Below, in pieces: positions 1 through 9,156 of a stretch of 64,000 nucleotides of DNA (position 1 is its first letter; every line of letters starts with the position of its first letter). Both the position numbers and the translations under genes were made by a program. Source of the stretch: Planctomycetota bacterium (GTDB lineage Bacteria > Planctomycetota > Phycisphaerae > UBA1845); assembly GCA_016200265.1 (NCBI GenBank), contig JACQFE010000012.1:20332-84331 (forward strand), read 5' to 3'. The notes under the pieces were generated by a model. That model was not told the origin of the DNA. It saw nothing but the letters and a program-made list of their open reading frames with translations, and searched no databases.

Positions 1-2
1 TG

Positions 3-104
3 CGTCTCGCGATCAAGTACATGCTCTTCGATCTCGAGGCCACTCGCCGCGAAAACCAGCAGCTCCGCAAAATGCTCGAAGAGAACAACAACAATCAGCA
101 GTAG
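3..104 (+). CDS. 3' end of a CDS truncated by the window edge; product unknown
   Basis: Frame open from the window edge to TAG at 102-104 (...RLAIKYMLFDLEATRRENQQLRKMLEENNNNQQ*). Third codon positions are nearly all G/C, as in the confident genes here. No family recognised. Confidence 0.4.
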   Translation, partial: RLAIKYMLFDLEATRRENQQLRKMLEENNNNQQ

Positions 105-945
105 GGGAAACGTCGAAAAGTCGGAACATCGAAAAATCGAAACGGGGAGCGCAAAGATTCTCTTTGCGTAAAGCGTATAGGCAAGCCCGTCGAGACCAGT
201 AGGGTGGGCCGTGCCTCCTAAGAGGACTCGCGATCAATGACGCGTCTACCAAATCACAAGCTATCACGAGGATGAACCCAATGCCAGCGTCATATTTCGT
301 ACGATGGCCAAGGTGGCGCAGTTTTCTCAAACTGGGCGAATGTAGTGTTGACTACTAGTCCTAGCCATTCTACTCGCGCTCAGCATTTACCAAGAATTCG
401 CCGACCACTCCCGAAGATATTCCAATAGGAGCCGTGAACGAATGACCGCGCCGCCGCCACGCCCATCGTTAGTTAACCTCTCGCGGGCAATTTGCACGCT
501 TCAATCTTTCGACCGTTTCACGCCTTTCGCACTGTCTTCCGTGTTGCGCTTCGATCCTCTCCATTCGCGCTTCGACCTTGCGTTATTCACCATTTTGCAT
601 TTTTCAACTCTCGATCCACTCGCCCCATTCGAGCTCTTGTGTTGCTCTTCGCTCTTGTTTTTCAGCATTCAGCATTCAAAATTCCGCATTTTGGCAGTGC
701 CAATCCATGACACAAGCAAAAAAATACTTACCAAACGAACCCATCTCAAAGATTCACTTTACAAGAAGAGGAAGCGTCCAAGACGAATAGCTTTGGACGC
801 CAAACCGTTTCCGCCTGTGAATTGTTTGGAAATGGTGCAGGCGAAAGCCGGGTGGCATGCCGCAAGGCCTGTTGTTCCCGGCTAAGGAGGCTGTCTTGCG
901 CCTCTCGACTGTGGTTTTCAGGACTGGGAAGTCGATACTGAAGGC

Positions 946-1820
946 ATGGCGAATCAAAAAATGAAACCGGTACGGGTGAAAACGGCGGCGAAGGCCGGGG
1001 GGCGTCCGATGCGGAAGATCGCGATCATAAATCAGAAAGGCGGCGTGGGAAAAACCACCACGACGGCCAATCTCGGCGTAGCCCTCCGGTCTACGATATT
1101 CTGACTTCCGGCACGCCCGTCCGCGAGACGATCGTCAAAGCGCGGAAAAACATCGGCGTCATTCCGACCAATGTCGATCTTGCCGCCGCCGAGGCCGAAC
1201 TCATCAGCGTGACCGGCCGCGAAGTGATCCTTCGCGAGGCATTGGCCGCCGTCGAAGGCGAATACGATATCATGCTAGTTGATTGCCCGCCGTCGCTCGG
1301 CGTGTTGACGATCAACGCGCTCTCCGCGTGCGATGAAGTGCTGATCCCCTTGCAGCCGCATTTTCTGGCGCTTCAGGGATTGGGAAAGTTGTTGGAGACC
1401 ATCACGCTCGTGCGGCAGCGGATCAACTCCAAGCTTCGCGTCGAAGGCGTGGTGATCTGCATGAATGAGGCCGGCACGAAGCTGGCGACGGAAGTCACCG
1501 ACGATCTCGCCAAGTTTTTGGTGTCAGCGCGTGGCACCGATACGGTCTGGGCCGACGCGAAAATCCATCGCACCGCGATCCGTCGCAACATCAAGCTGGC
1601 CGAGGCGTGCAGCTTCGGTCAGACCATCTTCGAATACGCCCCCAAGAGCAATGGCGCGCTCGATTATTCCTCGCTCGCTCAGGAATTGCTCGGAATCGCG
1701 GCCATTCCATTCACAACCGAACAGGTTGCTGCTCCCGCGACACCTACTCCCATGCCCGCTGCAGCTACCCCTGTGCCACCAGCGGTCTTGGCTCCCGTGC
1801 CGCTTGCCGCGTCGGCGTAG
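946..1820 (+). pseudogene. ParA/Soj-type partition ATPase disrupted by an internal deletion plus frameshift
   Basis: The N-terminal piece (ATG 946 to TGA 1102-1104) carries the deviant Walker A KIAIINQKGGVGKTTTTANLGVAL. ParA homology resumes in another frame at about 1089 (VYDILTSG...LISVTGREVILREAL...DIMLVDCPPSLGVLTINAL...) and runs to 1820. By comparison with Soj, about 35 residues (the ...GKRVLLxDxDPQ... segment) are missing at the junction. Confidence 0.7.
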
Positions 1821-2019
1821 CGAGACAAGGTGTTGTGGCGTCACCACTTGTTGGTGGCGACACATGTTATAGCGATCGATTAGCGACGCTGCGTGGCTAT
1901 TTTCCTGCCCGGCGCAAATCACGTGGATTTTTTCTTGCAACGACACTGAATGTTAGGTAAATTATTCGTTATTGCTTCAAGCATGGTTCCGTTCTTGCGC
2001 CTTGGATGAAAAAGGACGA

Positions 2020-3819
2020 ATGCTTGTGATCGTTTCGATTCGTCGCCGGTTTTCCGCCGCAGCGATTCTATGCCTCTCCGCTTCCGCGTTCGCAGCTCAG
2101 CCTTACCTTGTTAAGGACATATTCCCCGGCGGCCCCAACGACAACTCAGGGATCGTATCCATGGTTGCGTTCCAGGGGCGGCTGTTCTTTGGCGCTAACG
2201 ATGGGGTACACGGCTGCGAGCTGTGGGTCAGCGACGGAACCAACGCAGGCACATACATGGTCAAGGACATTGCAGCCGGGCCATACCGCTCGCTTCCCAA
2301 CACTTTCGCGGTGCTCGGCAACAAGCTTTTGTTCCAGGCCGACGACCGGATCGGCTCGACCCTCGATGTATATGCAACCGACGGCACGACTGCGGGCACG
2401 GTCCGCGTCGCCGATCTCGCCCCCGGCGTGCTCGATCCGGAAACCTACTGCTCGTATTTCTTTTTCGACATGGTTGCAAGCGGCGGAAAAGTATTCTACG
2501 TTGGCGAAACGGGAAGTTCTCCCCCCCACCAAAGTTTGTACGTAACGGACGGCACCCCAGGCGGCACGCACGAAGTTGGACCAGACAATTCATGGCCTAG
2601 CCAGCTGACGGATGTTAATGGCACACTTTTCTTTGAAGCCGGTTCGCCGAGTGGCGACGCACTTTGGAAAAGCAATGGGACCAATCAGGGCACGGTGATG
2701 GTTTATGCGAACAATCCGCTTTGGCTCACGAATGTCAACGGACTCGTCTTTTACAATGGTAGCGACAACTCGCCCAACAACGACCGTGAACTCTGGGTTT
2801 CTGACGGAACAGGCGCTGGCACACACCTCGTTAAAGACATTCTGATCAACGGCCAATCATGGCCGGATTGTCTAGCGAATGTGAATGGGAGACTCTACTT
2901 CAGAGCGTTCGAATTCGATCACGGCGAGGAGCTGTGGACCAGCGACGGTACGGAGGAGGGCACCGTTCTTGTCGCGGATATCGATCCCGGGAATAACAGC
3001 AGCGATCCGTGCGGCTTCACGCCGTACAATGGCTTTTTCTTATTGGCCGCCACTACCGCGGACACTGGCCGCGAACTGTGGCGCTCGGACGGCACGCCGC
3101 AAGGCACGACATTAGTAAAGGACATTTGCCCCGGTTCGTGCGATTCTTCGCCGCGCTTTTTTACGGAAGCGAGCGGCCTAATGTACTTCGCTGCCGACGA
3201 TGGCGTCCACGGCGAGGAGTTTTGGGCTACGGATGGGACCGAGGCTGGAACGCGCATGATTGCGGATATATATCCTGGACCGATGAGCGGCACAGACGAG
3301 ATGATCAATGTCAACGGAATCGTGTTTATTCTTGCTGGAGACGATCAGACTGGCGCTGAGCTCTGGGCATACGACACGCGCCCTCCACCCATTCCTGTAA
3401 CTTCGGAGCTTTTATGCATGCTCCTAATCACGGCAATACTAGGGTGCGGCATTGCGGTTCTCTGGAGGAGGACGCGTGAATTGCATACGAATTATGTTCT
3501 TGCTTTTCGCGTGCGAAGAAGAATCAGAAACACCGGCACGCCGACGATGGCCGTCACGACGCCGATAGGCAATGTGGCGCTGCCGAGCTGTCGACCGGTG
3601 AGCCAACCGGCCAAACGCATCGAGAGCTGCGATGCCCAGTCGCAGATGATCAGCATCGCGCCTCCAAGCAGCCCTGAAACCGGAATGAGAATGCGGCAAT
3701 CCGAACCGAAGAGCAGAGTGACAATATGTGGCACCATCAAACCAACAAACCCGATGGGCCCGCAGTACGCGACCACGCCCGCCGTCGCCAACGTGCACAC
3801 CAGAATGCAAATCGCCTGA
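2020..3819 (+). CDS. Secreted ELWxxDGT-repeat (beta-propeller-like) protein with an IPTL-CTERM-like tail; the annotated 3' end is probably read-through
   Basis: Signal peptide MLVIVSIRRRFSAAAILCLSASAFAAQ. Eight to nine ELWxSDGTxxGT repeats (CELWVSDGTNAGT, RELWVSDGTGAGT, EELWTSDGTEEGT, RELWRSDGTPQGT, EEFWATDGTEAGT...). Tail IPVTSELLCMLLITAILGCGIAVLWRRTR ends near 3477, but the first in-frame stop is at 3817-3819, inside the antisense of the convergent permease gene. Confidence 0.8.
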   Translation: MLVIVSIRRRFSAAAILCLSASAFAAQPYLVKDIFPGGPNDNSGIVSMVAFQGRLFFGANDGVHGCELWVSDGTNAGTYMVKDIAAGPYRSLPNTFAVLGNKLLFQADDRIGSTLDVYATDGTTAGTVRVADLAPGVLDPETYCSYFFFDMVASGGKVFYVGETGSSPPHQSLYVTDGTPGGTHEVGPDNSWPSQLTDVNGTLFFEAGSPSGDALWKSNGTNQGTVMVYANNPLWLTNVNGLVFYNGSDNSPNNDRELWVSDGTGAGTHLVKDILINGQSWPDCLANVNGRLYFRAFEFDHGEELWTSDGTEEGTVLVADIDPGNNSSDPCGFTPYNGFFLLAATTADTGRELWRSDGTPQGTTLVKDICPGSCDSSPRFFTEASGLMYFAADDGVHGEEFWATDGTEAGTRMIADIYPGPMSGTDEMINVNGIVFILAGDDQTGAELWAYDTRPPPIPVTSELLCMLLITAILGCGIAVLWRRTRELHTNYVLAFRVRRRIRNTGTPTMAVTTPIGNVALPSCRPVSQPAKRIESCDAQSQMISIAPPSSPETGMRMRQSEPKSRVTICGTIKPTNPMGPQYATTPAVANVHTRMQIA

Positions 3820-4643
3820 AGCGCTTTGACATTCACTCCGCGAGAGGCCGCAAGCTCGTCGCCGAGACGATATTGATTGAGCGCCCGCGAGAGCAACGTG
3901 AGCACGATCCACGCCGGCGCCATCAGCGGCAATAGCATCGCGCCTTCGATTGCGCGGATCGGATCGAGCGAACCCATCATCCATCGCACCATAAAAAACG
4001 TCTCCCGCTCGCTCGACACCGCGGTGACAAACGTCATCATGGCGGAACAAAACAAGCCCATCGTCACACCGGCCAGCAGCAGCTCATTCGACGACAGCCG
4101 CCTCGCTCCGCCCGCGAACAACCACACTGCGGCCACCACCAGCATCGCCCCGGTGAATGCGCTGACGGCCACTGATGAGATTCCAAGAATCGCGATCATC
4201 CAACCCGCGCGAATCGCAATCAGTGCGCCAAGCGATCCGCCGCTGGCGATGCCGAGCGTGTATGGAGTGGCCAACGGATTGCGGAACATAATTTGGAAAG
4301 CGGCACCGCAGATGCCCAACGTGATTCCCACTTGCAGCGCCAACAGCGATCGCGCGAAGCGCTGTTGGAAGCCGATGATCTTCGCGAGGCGCGTGAAAGC
4401 GGCCAATTCGGCATCGGAGATGTTTCCGTCGCGGTCGAGATCGGCGAGTGGCCGCCCGGAAAGTTCCGCGCGGTCGATCGGCAAGCCAAATTCCGCCCGC
4501 CAAGCGTCGAACCATGAAAACGAAGCTGATTCCGTTCCAATGCCCGGACTCAGAATGAGCAGAATCGCGACGAATAGCGCGGCACCCACCAAGCTCGCGA
4601 TGAATCGGCGCGGCACTAACGATCCAATGCGAGTTGCGTTCAA
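3492..4643 (-). CDS. FecCD/BtuC-family ABC importer permease carrying an EF-hand-like loop insertion
   Basis: Multi-TM protein with FecCD-type motifs (FRNPLATPYTLGIASGGSLGA..., LLLAGVTMG..., GPIGFVGLMVPHIV). Probable TTG start at 4643 overlaps the ATPase stop (TTGA); the longest ORF reaches 4730. Last gene of the SBP-ATPase-permease operon. Confidence 0.85.
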   Translation of the reverse strand: MNATRIGSLVPRRFIASLVGAALFVAILLILSPGIGTESASFSWFDAWRAEFGLPIDRAELSGRPLADLDRDGNISDAELAAFTRLAKIIGFQQRFARSLLALQVGITLGICGAAFQIMFRNPLATPYTLGIASGGSLGALIAIRAGWMIAILGISSVAVSAFTGAMLVVAAVWLFAGGARRLSSNELLLAGVTMGLFCSAMMTFVTAVSSERETFFMVRWMMGSLDPIRAIEGAMLLPLMAPAWIVLTLLSRALNQYRLGDELAASRGVNVKALQAICILVCTLATAGVVAYCGPIGFVGLMVPHIVTLLFGSDCRILIPVSGLLGGAMLIICDWASQLSMRLAGWLTGRQLGSATLPIGVVTAIVGVPVFLILLRTRKART

Positions 4644-5440
4644 GATTGCAACTCCGATGGTCGGCCAAGAGGAACAATCCAGCGCAAGCCCGGAACGTCC
4701 GGCGTCGTCGCGAATGTCAGGGAAGCGCAATACACAGGATTCAAATGCGATGGCGTCAAAATTTCATCGGGAGTGCCGTTTGCGACCGCGCGGCCCTCGG
4801 ATAGCAGGAGGACATGCGAACAAAACATGGCGGCGAGGTTTACGTCATGAGTGACAACCACAATTGCGAGCCCATCGCGCTGCGAAGCGCTTCGAAGCAG
4901 CTCGAAGATGCGAAGTTGATGGGGGATATCCAGGGCCGCTGTCGGTTCGTCCAGCAGCATGATCGGGGCGGATTGCGCGAGTGCCGCGGCGAGGCACGCC
5001 CGCTGACGCTCCCCGCCGGAAAGAGTGTCGAGGCGACGATCCGCGAATTCCAACGTCTGCGTGATGCGCATGGCAATTTCCGCGCGAGAATGATCGTTGG
5101 CGGATTCAAACAATCCAAACGATCGATGTGGAAATCGACCCATGAGCACGAAATCCGCGACGCGGAGATCAAGTTCGGCAGAGAAGCCCTGCGGAACATA
5201 GGAGATTCTGCGAGCTCGCTCGCGCCCGCTCAAGTCGGCAAGATCGCAGCCAGCGCAATTGATTGTTCCCGCAGTTGGCGAAAGGAGGCCTGCGAGAAGT
5301 CGAATCAACGTGCTCTTGCCGGCGCCGTTGGGACCGACGATTGCCCAACATTGCCCCGCTTCAATGGAGAGCGAGATCGGCCCAAGGAACGTCGGACCAC
5401 CGGGGTAGCCGAATCGAACATCGTCAACAAGAAGTGTCAC
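4640..5440 (-). CDS. ABC transporter ATP-binding protein (FecE/BtuD/FepC type)
   Basis: Walker A GPNGAGKST, signature LSGGERQR, Walker B MLLDEPTAALD, H-loop VTHD. Confidence 0.9.
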   Translation of the reverse strand: MTLLVDDVRFGYPGGPTFLGPISLSIEAGQCWAIVGPNGAGKSTLIRLLAGLLSPTAGTINCAGCDLADLSGRERARRISYVPQGFSAELDLRVADFVLMGRFPHRSFGLFESANDHSRAEIAMRITQTLEFADRRLDTLSGGERQRACLAAALAQSAPIMLLDEPTAALDIPHQLRIFELLRSASQRDGLAIVVVTHDVNLAAMFCSHVLLLSEGRAVANGTPDEILTPSHLNPVYCASLTFATTPDVPGLRWIVPLGRPSELQS

Positions 5441-5444
5441 GCGG

Positions 5445-6347
5445 TTATCGTCGCAGCCTTGCCTCGGGGTGCAATAGGCGAGAAATTTTGTCGATGATGG
5501 CCGTATAGCGTGGCGAAGGGATCAGGCAATTTTCATCATTGAGAAAGTAAATGCGATCATTCACGACCGCCGGCAACGAGTCCATGTGGCTCCACTGCGT
5601 TTTCAGTTCTCGCTCGATGCTTGGTGAAAGCATGGTATCCGGCATTAGCTCGATGATTACTTCGGGTTGCGCGGCGATGATCGCTTCCGGGCTGACCTGC
5701 GGATAGAGCATGTCGAGGTGTCCGAACACGTTGATGCCGCCGGCGACTTCAATGGCTTCATCTAGAAATGTGCCGCGGCCGGTGGTCAGGAGATTGGCGA
5801 TTCGTCCGGGTTCGCGCGACACGGTCAACAGCACTCGTGTCCGCCCGAGATCCTTCACACGCTTGCGAATCTCATCCAACCTTTGACGAAAAGCCGAGTT
5901 GACTGTTGCTGCTTGCTTCGAGCAGCCAAGAAGATCGCCGACTTCATGCACGCATTTTTCGATGCCGGCAAGTGTATCGGTTTCATCGTGATACAGGGCA
6001 ATGTGTTGCTCATCTGCGAGCCGTTCGAGCGACTCAATTCGTCCGCGCAGCACGAGCAGATCCGGCTGAAGGGCGATGATTCGTTCGATGTCAGGGTCGG
6101 AAAATCCGCCGATGCGGGGGCGGGATCGAATTTCCGAAGGGTAGATGCAATAGCGACTGACTCCAATGATGCGATCGCAAGCTCCTAACTCGCAGACGAT
6201 TTCTGCCGTATTGGGTGCAAGGGTGATGATCCGCTTCGGCGTTGCGCGTGAATTTTCCGCAACGGACCCTGAGTGATTCGACGACGGATCAATCGCAAGA
6301 GCAGGGAAGCACACACCGATGCACACGAGGGCGCACCAACGGCTCAT
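5445..6347 (-). CDS. Periplasmic substrate-binding protein, BtuF/FhuD-like (cluster A, iron-siderophore/cobalamin type)
   Basis: Signal peptide MSRWCALVCIGVCFPALA. IITLAPNTAEIVCELGACDRIIGVSRY and PDLLVL motifs typical of BtuF-type binding proteins. First gene of the ABC operon. The start is uncertain (6347 or 6380). Confidence 0.75.
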   Translation of the reverse strand: MSRWCALVCIGVCFPALAIDPSSNHSGSVAENSRATPKRIITLAPNTAEIVCELGACDRIIGVSRYCIYPSEIRSRPRIGGFSDPDIERIIALQPDLLVLRGRIESLERLADEQHIALYHDETDTLAGIEKCVHEVGDLLGCSKQAATVNSAFRQRLDEIRKRVKDLGRTRVLLTVSREPGRIANLLTTGRGTFLDEAIEVAGGINVFGHLDMLYPQVSPEAIIAAQPEVIIELMPDTMLSPSIERELKTQWSHMDSLPAVVNDRIYFLNDENCLIPSPRYTAIIDKISRLLHPEARLRR

Positions 6348-6559
6348 GCGATCTATTTTCTTGCACCGAGGTCCGAACATATTTACGAATCGTAACCGTG
6401 CGATTCAATGAAGCAAAGAACATGCAAGTTTATGAGACCGTTGGATTTTGAAGAGCGCTGTTTGGTTGATTTAGCCATCGATAAGGCGAACAATCATGTG
6501 TTTGGCGAATGTAGCTACCCAATTGGTCATTAGAGGTGTGATACAAAGGGCAGTGGAAG

Positions 6560-6820
6560 ATGAATCATATCTCTAACGTCCTGTGGAATTCGATTCGGCG
6601 TTTGACTACGGAATGTGATGCGTCAGCAGCCTCGGAATACGCGATTCTGCTCGCTCTGTTGGTGTTGGGAGTTCTCGGTGCCGTGTCCATACTCGGCATC
6701 ACGTCAAACGGATTATTCCATTCCGCAGTGAATGAGGCGGCCAACAGTTCCGGTGGAAACATGTCGGGTCCCTCGAATAATGGGTTCGGCACGGTTGTGA
6801 AGACTCAGGTCGCTCGTTGA
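6560..6820 (+). CDS. Flp/Fap-family type IVb pilin-like protein
   Basis: 86 aa. Leader followed by SAASEYAILLALLVLGVLGAV, which resembles the Flp motif G-x-x-A-I-EY-x-LI-x-hydrophobic stretch. No tad genes in the window. Confidence 0.5.
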   Translation: MNHISNVLWNSIRRLTTECDASAASEYAILLALLVLGVLGAVSILGITSNGLFHSAVNEAANSSGGNMSGPSNNGFGTVVKTQVAR

Positions 6821-6946
6821 CGAATCAGCCACCTGCGAATCGAGCAGGAGTATTGATCCCGTTCCTTCCCCGGGTGTGAGCAAATCGCCATCCTTCTCTT
6901 CGCGGGGTGGGTATCCAACGGTTATTCGCGGTACAATTCTTTTCGC

Positions 6947-8329
6947 ATGGACCTCTTTGTCGAACAGCGTGAGCAGAATTTCAAGCGGGCCGAGCCGCTG
7001 GCGGCTCGGATGCGCCCCAAAACCATCGAAGAATTTCTCGGGCAATCGCATTTTCTTGGCGAGGGCAAGTTGTTGCGGCGGATGCTGGAGGCCGATCGCG
7101 TCACAAGCGCGGTCTTCTACGGACCGCCCGGCACCGGAAAGACCACTCTCGCTCACTTGATCGCCGTGCGGACGAACGCTCACTTTGTTTCGCTGAATGC
7201 GGCCGGATCGAGCGTGAAAGAAGTTCGTGATGAGCTTGCGGCCGCGCGGCAGCGACTCGGGGTCGAAGGGCGTCGCACGATTCTCTTCGTGGATGAACTT
7301 CATCGTTTCAATCGCGCGCAACAGGACGTGCTTCTCAACGACGTCGAAAACGGGACGGTGATTCTGATCGGGGCCACGACGGAGAATCCATTTTTCGCGG
7401 TGAATTCGCCGCTGATATCGCGAAGTCAAATTTTTCGATTCGAGCCGCTGACCGTGGACGAGATTACCGCACTTCTTTACCGGGCGGTGGCCGATCGCGA
7501 ACGAGGGTACGGCAATTTCAACGTGAAGCTCACGACCGAGGCAGCGCATCACTTGGCGGTCACTTCCGACGGCGATGGCCGACGAGCATTGACGGCGCTG
7601 GACGTGGCCGTTCGATCGCAGATGGCGGGTGCAGGAAACGCGGTGCCAGGGCAGCCATCAGACTCCCAAAAGAATGCAAAGGCCGCACCGTTAGAGATTG
7701 TTGTGGATCTCAAGGTCGCGGAAGATTCCATCCAACGAAAGGCGTTGGAGTATGATGCTACTGGGGATGCACATTACGATGCCATCAGTGCGATGATCAA
7801 GTCGATTCGCGGAAGCGATCCCGACGCGACGGTCTATTGGATCGCACGAATGCTTGAAGGCGGCGAAGATCCGCGTTTTGTCGCTCGGCGAATCGTGATC
7901 GCCGCTGCGGAGGATGTCGGCAACGCGGATCCAAGAGGGTTGATTGTAGCGCAGGCGGCGGCCGACGCGACGCACTTCATCGGCATGCCGGAGTGTCAAT
8001 TGATTCTGGCGCAGGCGGCGATCTATCTGGCGTGCGCCCCGAAATCGAACGCGTCGGCGATGGCAATCTGGTCGGCAACGGATGATGTGAAGAACAACCG
8101 AACGCTGCCGGTGCCGATGCATCTTCGCGCCTCTGGATATTCCGGTGCGAAGCAGTTGGGTTCCGGCAAAGGGTATCAATACCCGCATGACGCACCTGGT
8201 GGTATATTGGATCAGGATTATCTTGGCGTGGACAAGACGTACTACGAGCCGACGGATCGGGGCGATGAAGCGCGATTCAGGGAAATGCTTCAACGTATTC
8301 GAGAATTGAGATCGCGAGCGCACGATTGA
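6947..8329 (+). CDS. rarA: Replication-associated recombination protein A (AAA+ ATPase RarA/MgsA)
   Basis: [28 protein letters not shown]..., Walker [12 protein letters not shown], Walker [11 protein letters not shown], and the C-terminal MgsA-type domain ([36 protein letters not shown]). Confidence 0.92.
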   Translation: MDLFVEQREQNFKRAEPLAARMRPKTIEEFLGQSHFLGEGKLLRRMLEADRVTSAVFYGPPGTGKTTLAHLIAVRTNAHFVSLNAAGSSVKEVRDELAAARQRLGVEGRRTILFVDELHRFNRAQQDVLLNDVENGTVILIGATTENPFFAVNSPLISRSQIFRFEPLTVDEITALLYRAVADRERGYGNFNVKLTTEAAHHLAVTSDGDGRRALTALDVAVRSQMAGAGNAVPGQPSDSQKNAKAAPLEIVVDLKVAEDSIQRKALEYDATGDAHYDAISAMIKSIRGSDPDATVYWIARMLEGGEDPRFVARRIVIAAAEDVGNADPRGLIVAQAAADATHFIGMPECQLILAQAAIYLACAPKSNASAMAIWSATDDVKNNRTLPVPMHLRASGYSGAKQLGSGKGYQYPHDAPGGILDQDYLGVDKTYYEPTDRGDEARFREMLQRIRELRSRAHD

Positions 8330-8471
8330 GCATGTTTCTGCTTCGTAGTGTGCCTATGTTGTCATGTTAAGCGAAGCATCCAGCGTTGAGATTCTTTGCC
8401 TTGGTGAACCGACGCTGAGAATGACGATCTCGCCCGGCGGCGAATGTGGGACGATGTAAAGGTGAGACGGC

Positions 8472-9041
8472 TTGCACATTAAGAACGAACTTCGTCAGCG
8501 ACTGCGAAAGGCGATCGCGGAAATTCCGGAATCGGAAATCTCCGTGCGTTCTTCGCAGGCTGTGAAACTCTTGTGTGAGCAGCCGGAATTTCGCAAGGCC
8601 GAGGTGGTCATGGTGTTCTTGTCGCTTGCCCAAGAAGTTGACACGACGCCAATCGTGCTTCGGTGCTGGCAGGAGCGGAAACGCGTGCTGGCCCCGAAAG
8701 TCAGCTGGAATCAGCGTCGGATGCTCCCCGTTGAAATCCGGTCGCTCACGGACGACTTGATCACGTCCAGTCTGGGAATTCGTGAGCCCGTATCGGGCCT
8801 GCCGTTTCCCATTCCATTGATTGATCTTGTCATTGTGCCGGGGTTGGGGTTTGATGAATTCGGCGGTCGGTTGGGGCGAGGGCAGGGATTTTACGATCGC
8901 TTCCTCGCAAACCCTGAATTCCGCGGCATCTCATGCGGCCTGGTCTTTGAAGCGCAGATGACTTCCAACATTCCCATGGGCCCGCTCGATCAGCGTGTCC
9001 GCATGGTGGTCACTGACGACCGTGTCCGGCGGTTTTCGTGA
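8472..9041 (+). CDS. 5-formyltetrahydrofolate cyclo-ligase
   Basis: 189 aa. LRQRLR..., EVDTTPIV, GIREP, and IDLVIVPGLGFDEFGGRLGRGQGFYDRFL, the characteristic MTHFS C-terminal motif. Confidence 0.85.
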   Translation: MHIKNELRQRLRKAIAEIPESEISVRSSQAVKLLCEQPEFRKAEVVMVFLSLAQEVDTTPIVLRCWQERKRVLAPKVSWNQRRMLPVEIRSLTDDLITSSLGIREPVSGLPFPIPLIDLVIVPGLGFDEFGGRLGRGQGFYDRFLANPEFRGISCGLVFEAQMTSNIPMGPLDQRVRMVVTDDRVRRFS

Positions 9042-9156
9042 TCCAATTGCTTACTCTAATCACGAATCAGCGTGCAGAAATTGCCGAAGGCGTCTGCTTC
9101 GCGCACAAAAAATTCGGGTTACAGTTCGGAACCCAAGGAGGAGGGTCAATACGGAA

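Noticed and set aside
13-330. 105-aa minus-strand ORF at the window start
   Set aside because: It overlaps the well-biased plus-strand C-terminal fragment (3..104), has Cys/Arg-rich odd composition and no SD.
470-720. Iteron/centromere-like repeats (ttcgac/ttcgatcc variants) upstream of the disrupted parA
   Set aside because: Only short, degenerate 6-8-mers without regular spacing. This cannot be distinguished from chance by eye.
3877-4854. Long ORFs antisense to or overlapping confident genes. Examples: 3877..4854, 4814..5497, 6713..7552, 7691..8323, 9619..10365, 22568..23158, 25381..26145, 33847..34443, 36211..36849, 37333..38067, 39633..40166, 47745..48944, 50367..51032, 56529..57491, 57839..58573.
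   Set aside because: These are typical shadow ORFs of high-GC DNA. They have R/P/S/G/H-rich composition, weak third-position G/C bias and no SD. Each lies opposite or out of frame to a gene with clear family motifs.
6381-6559. Cobalamin (or other) riboswitch upstream of the BtuF-like ABC operon
   Set aside because: The leader is AT-richer. It shows no B12-box-like element (…AGYCMGGAGACCKGCC…-type) and no obvious conserved multi-stem structure by eye. A cmscan would be needed to exclude it fully.
8995-9156. N-terminal 54-codon extension of the MlaA-fusion ORF overlapping the cyclo-ligase gene
   Set aside because: The extension overlaps the 3' end of 8472..9041 and is Arg-rich junk. A strong AAGGAGGAG SD precedes ATG 9157, followed by a lipoprotein-like leader.
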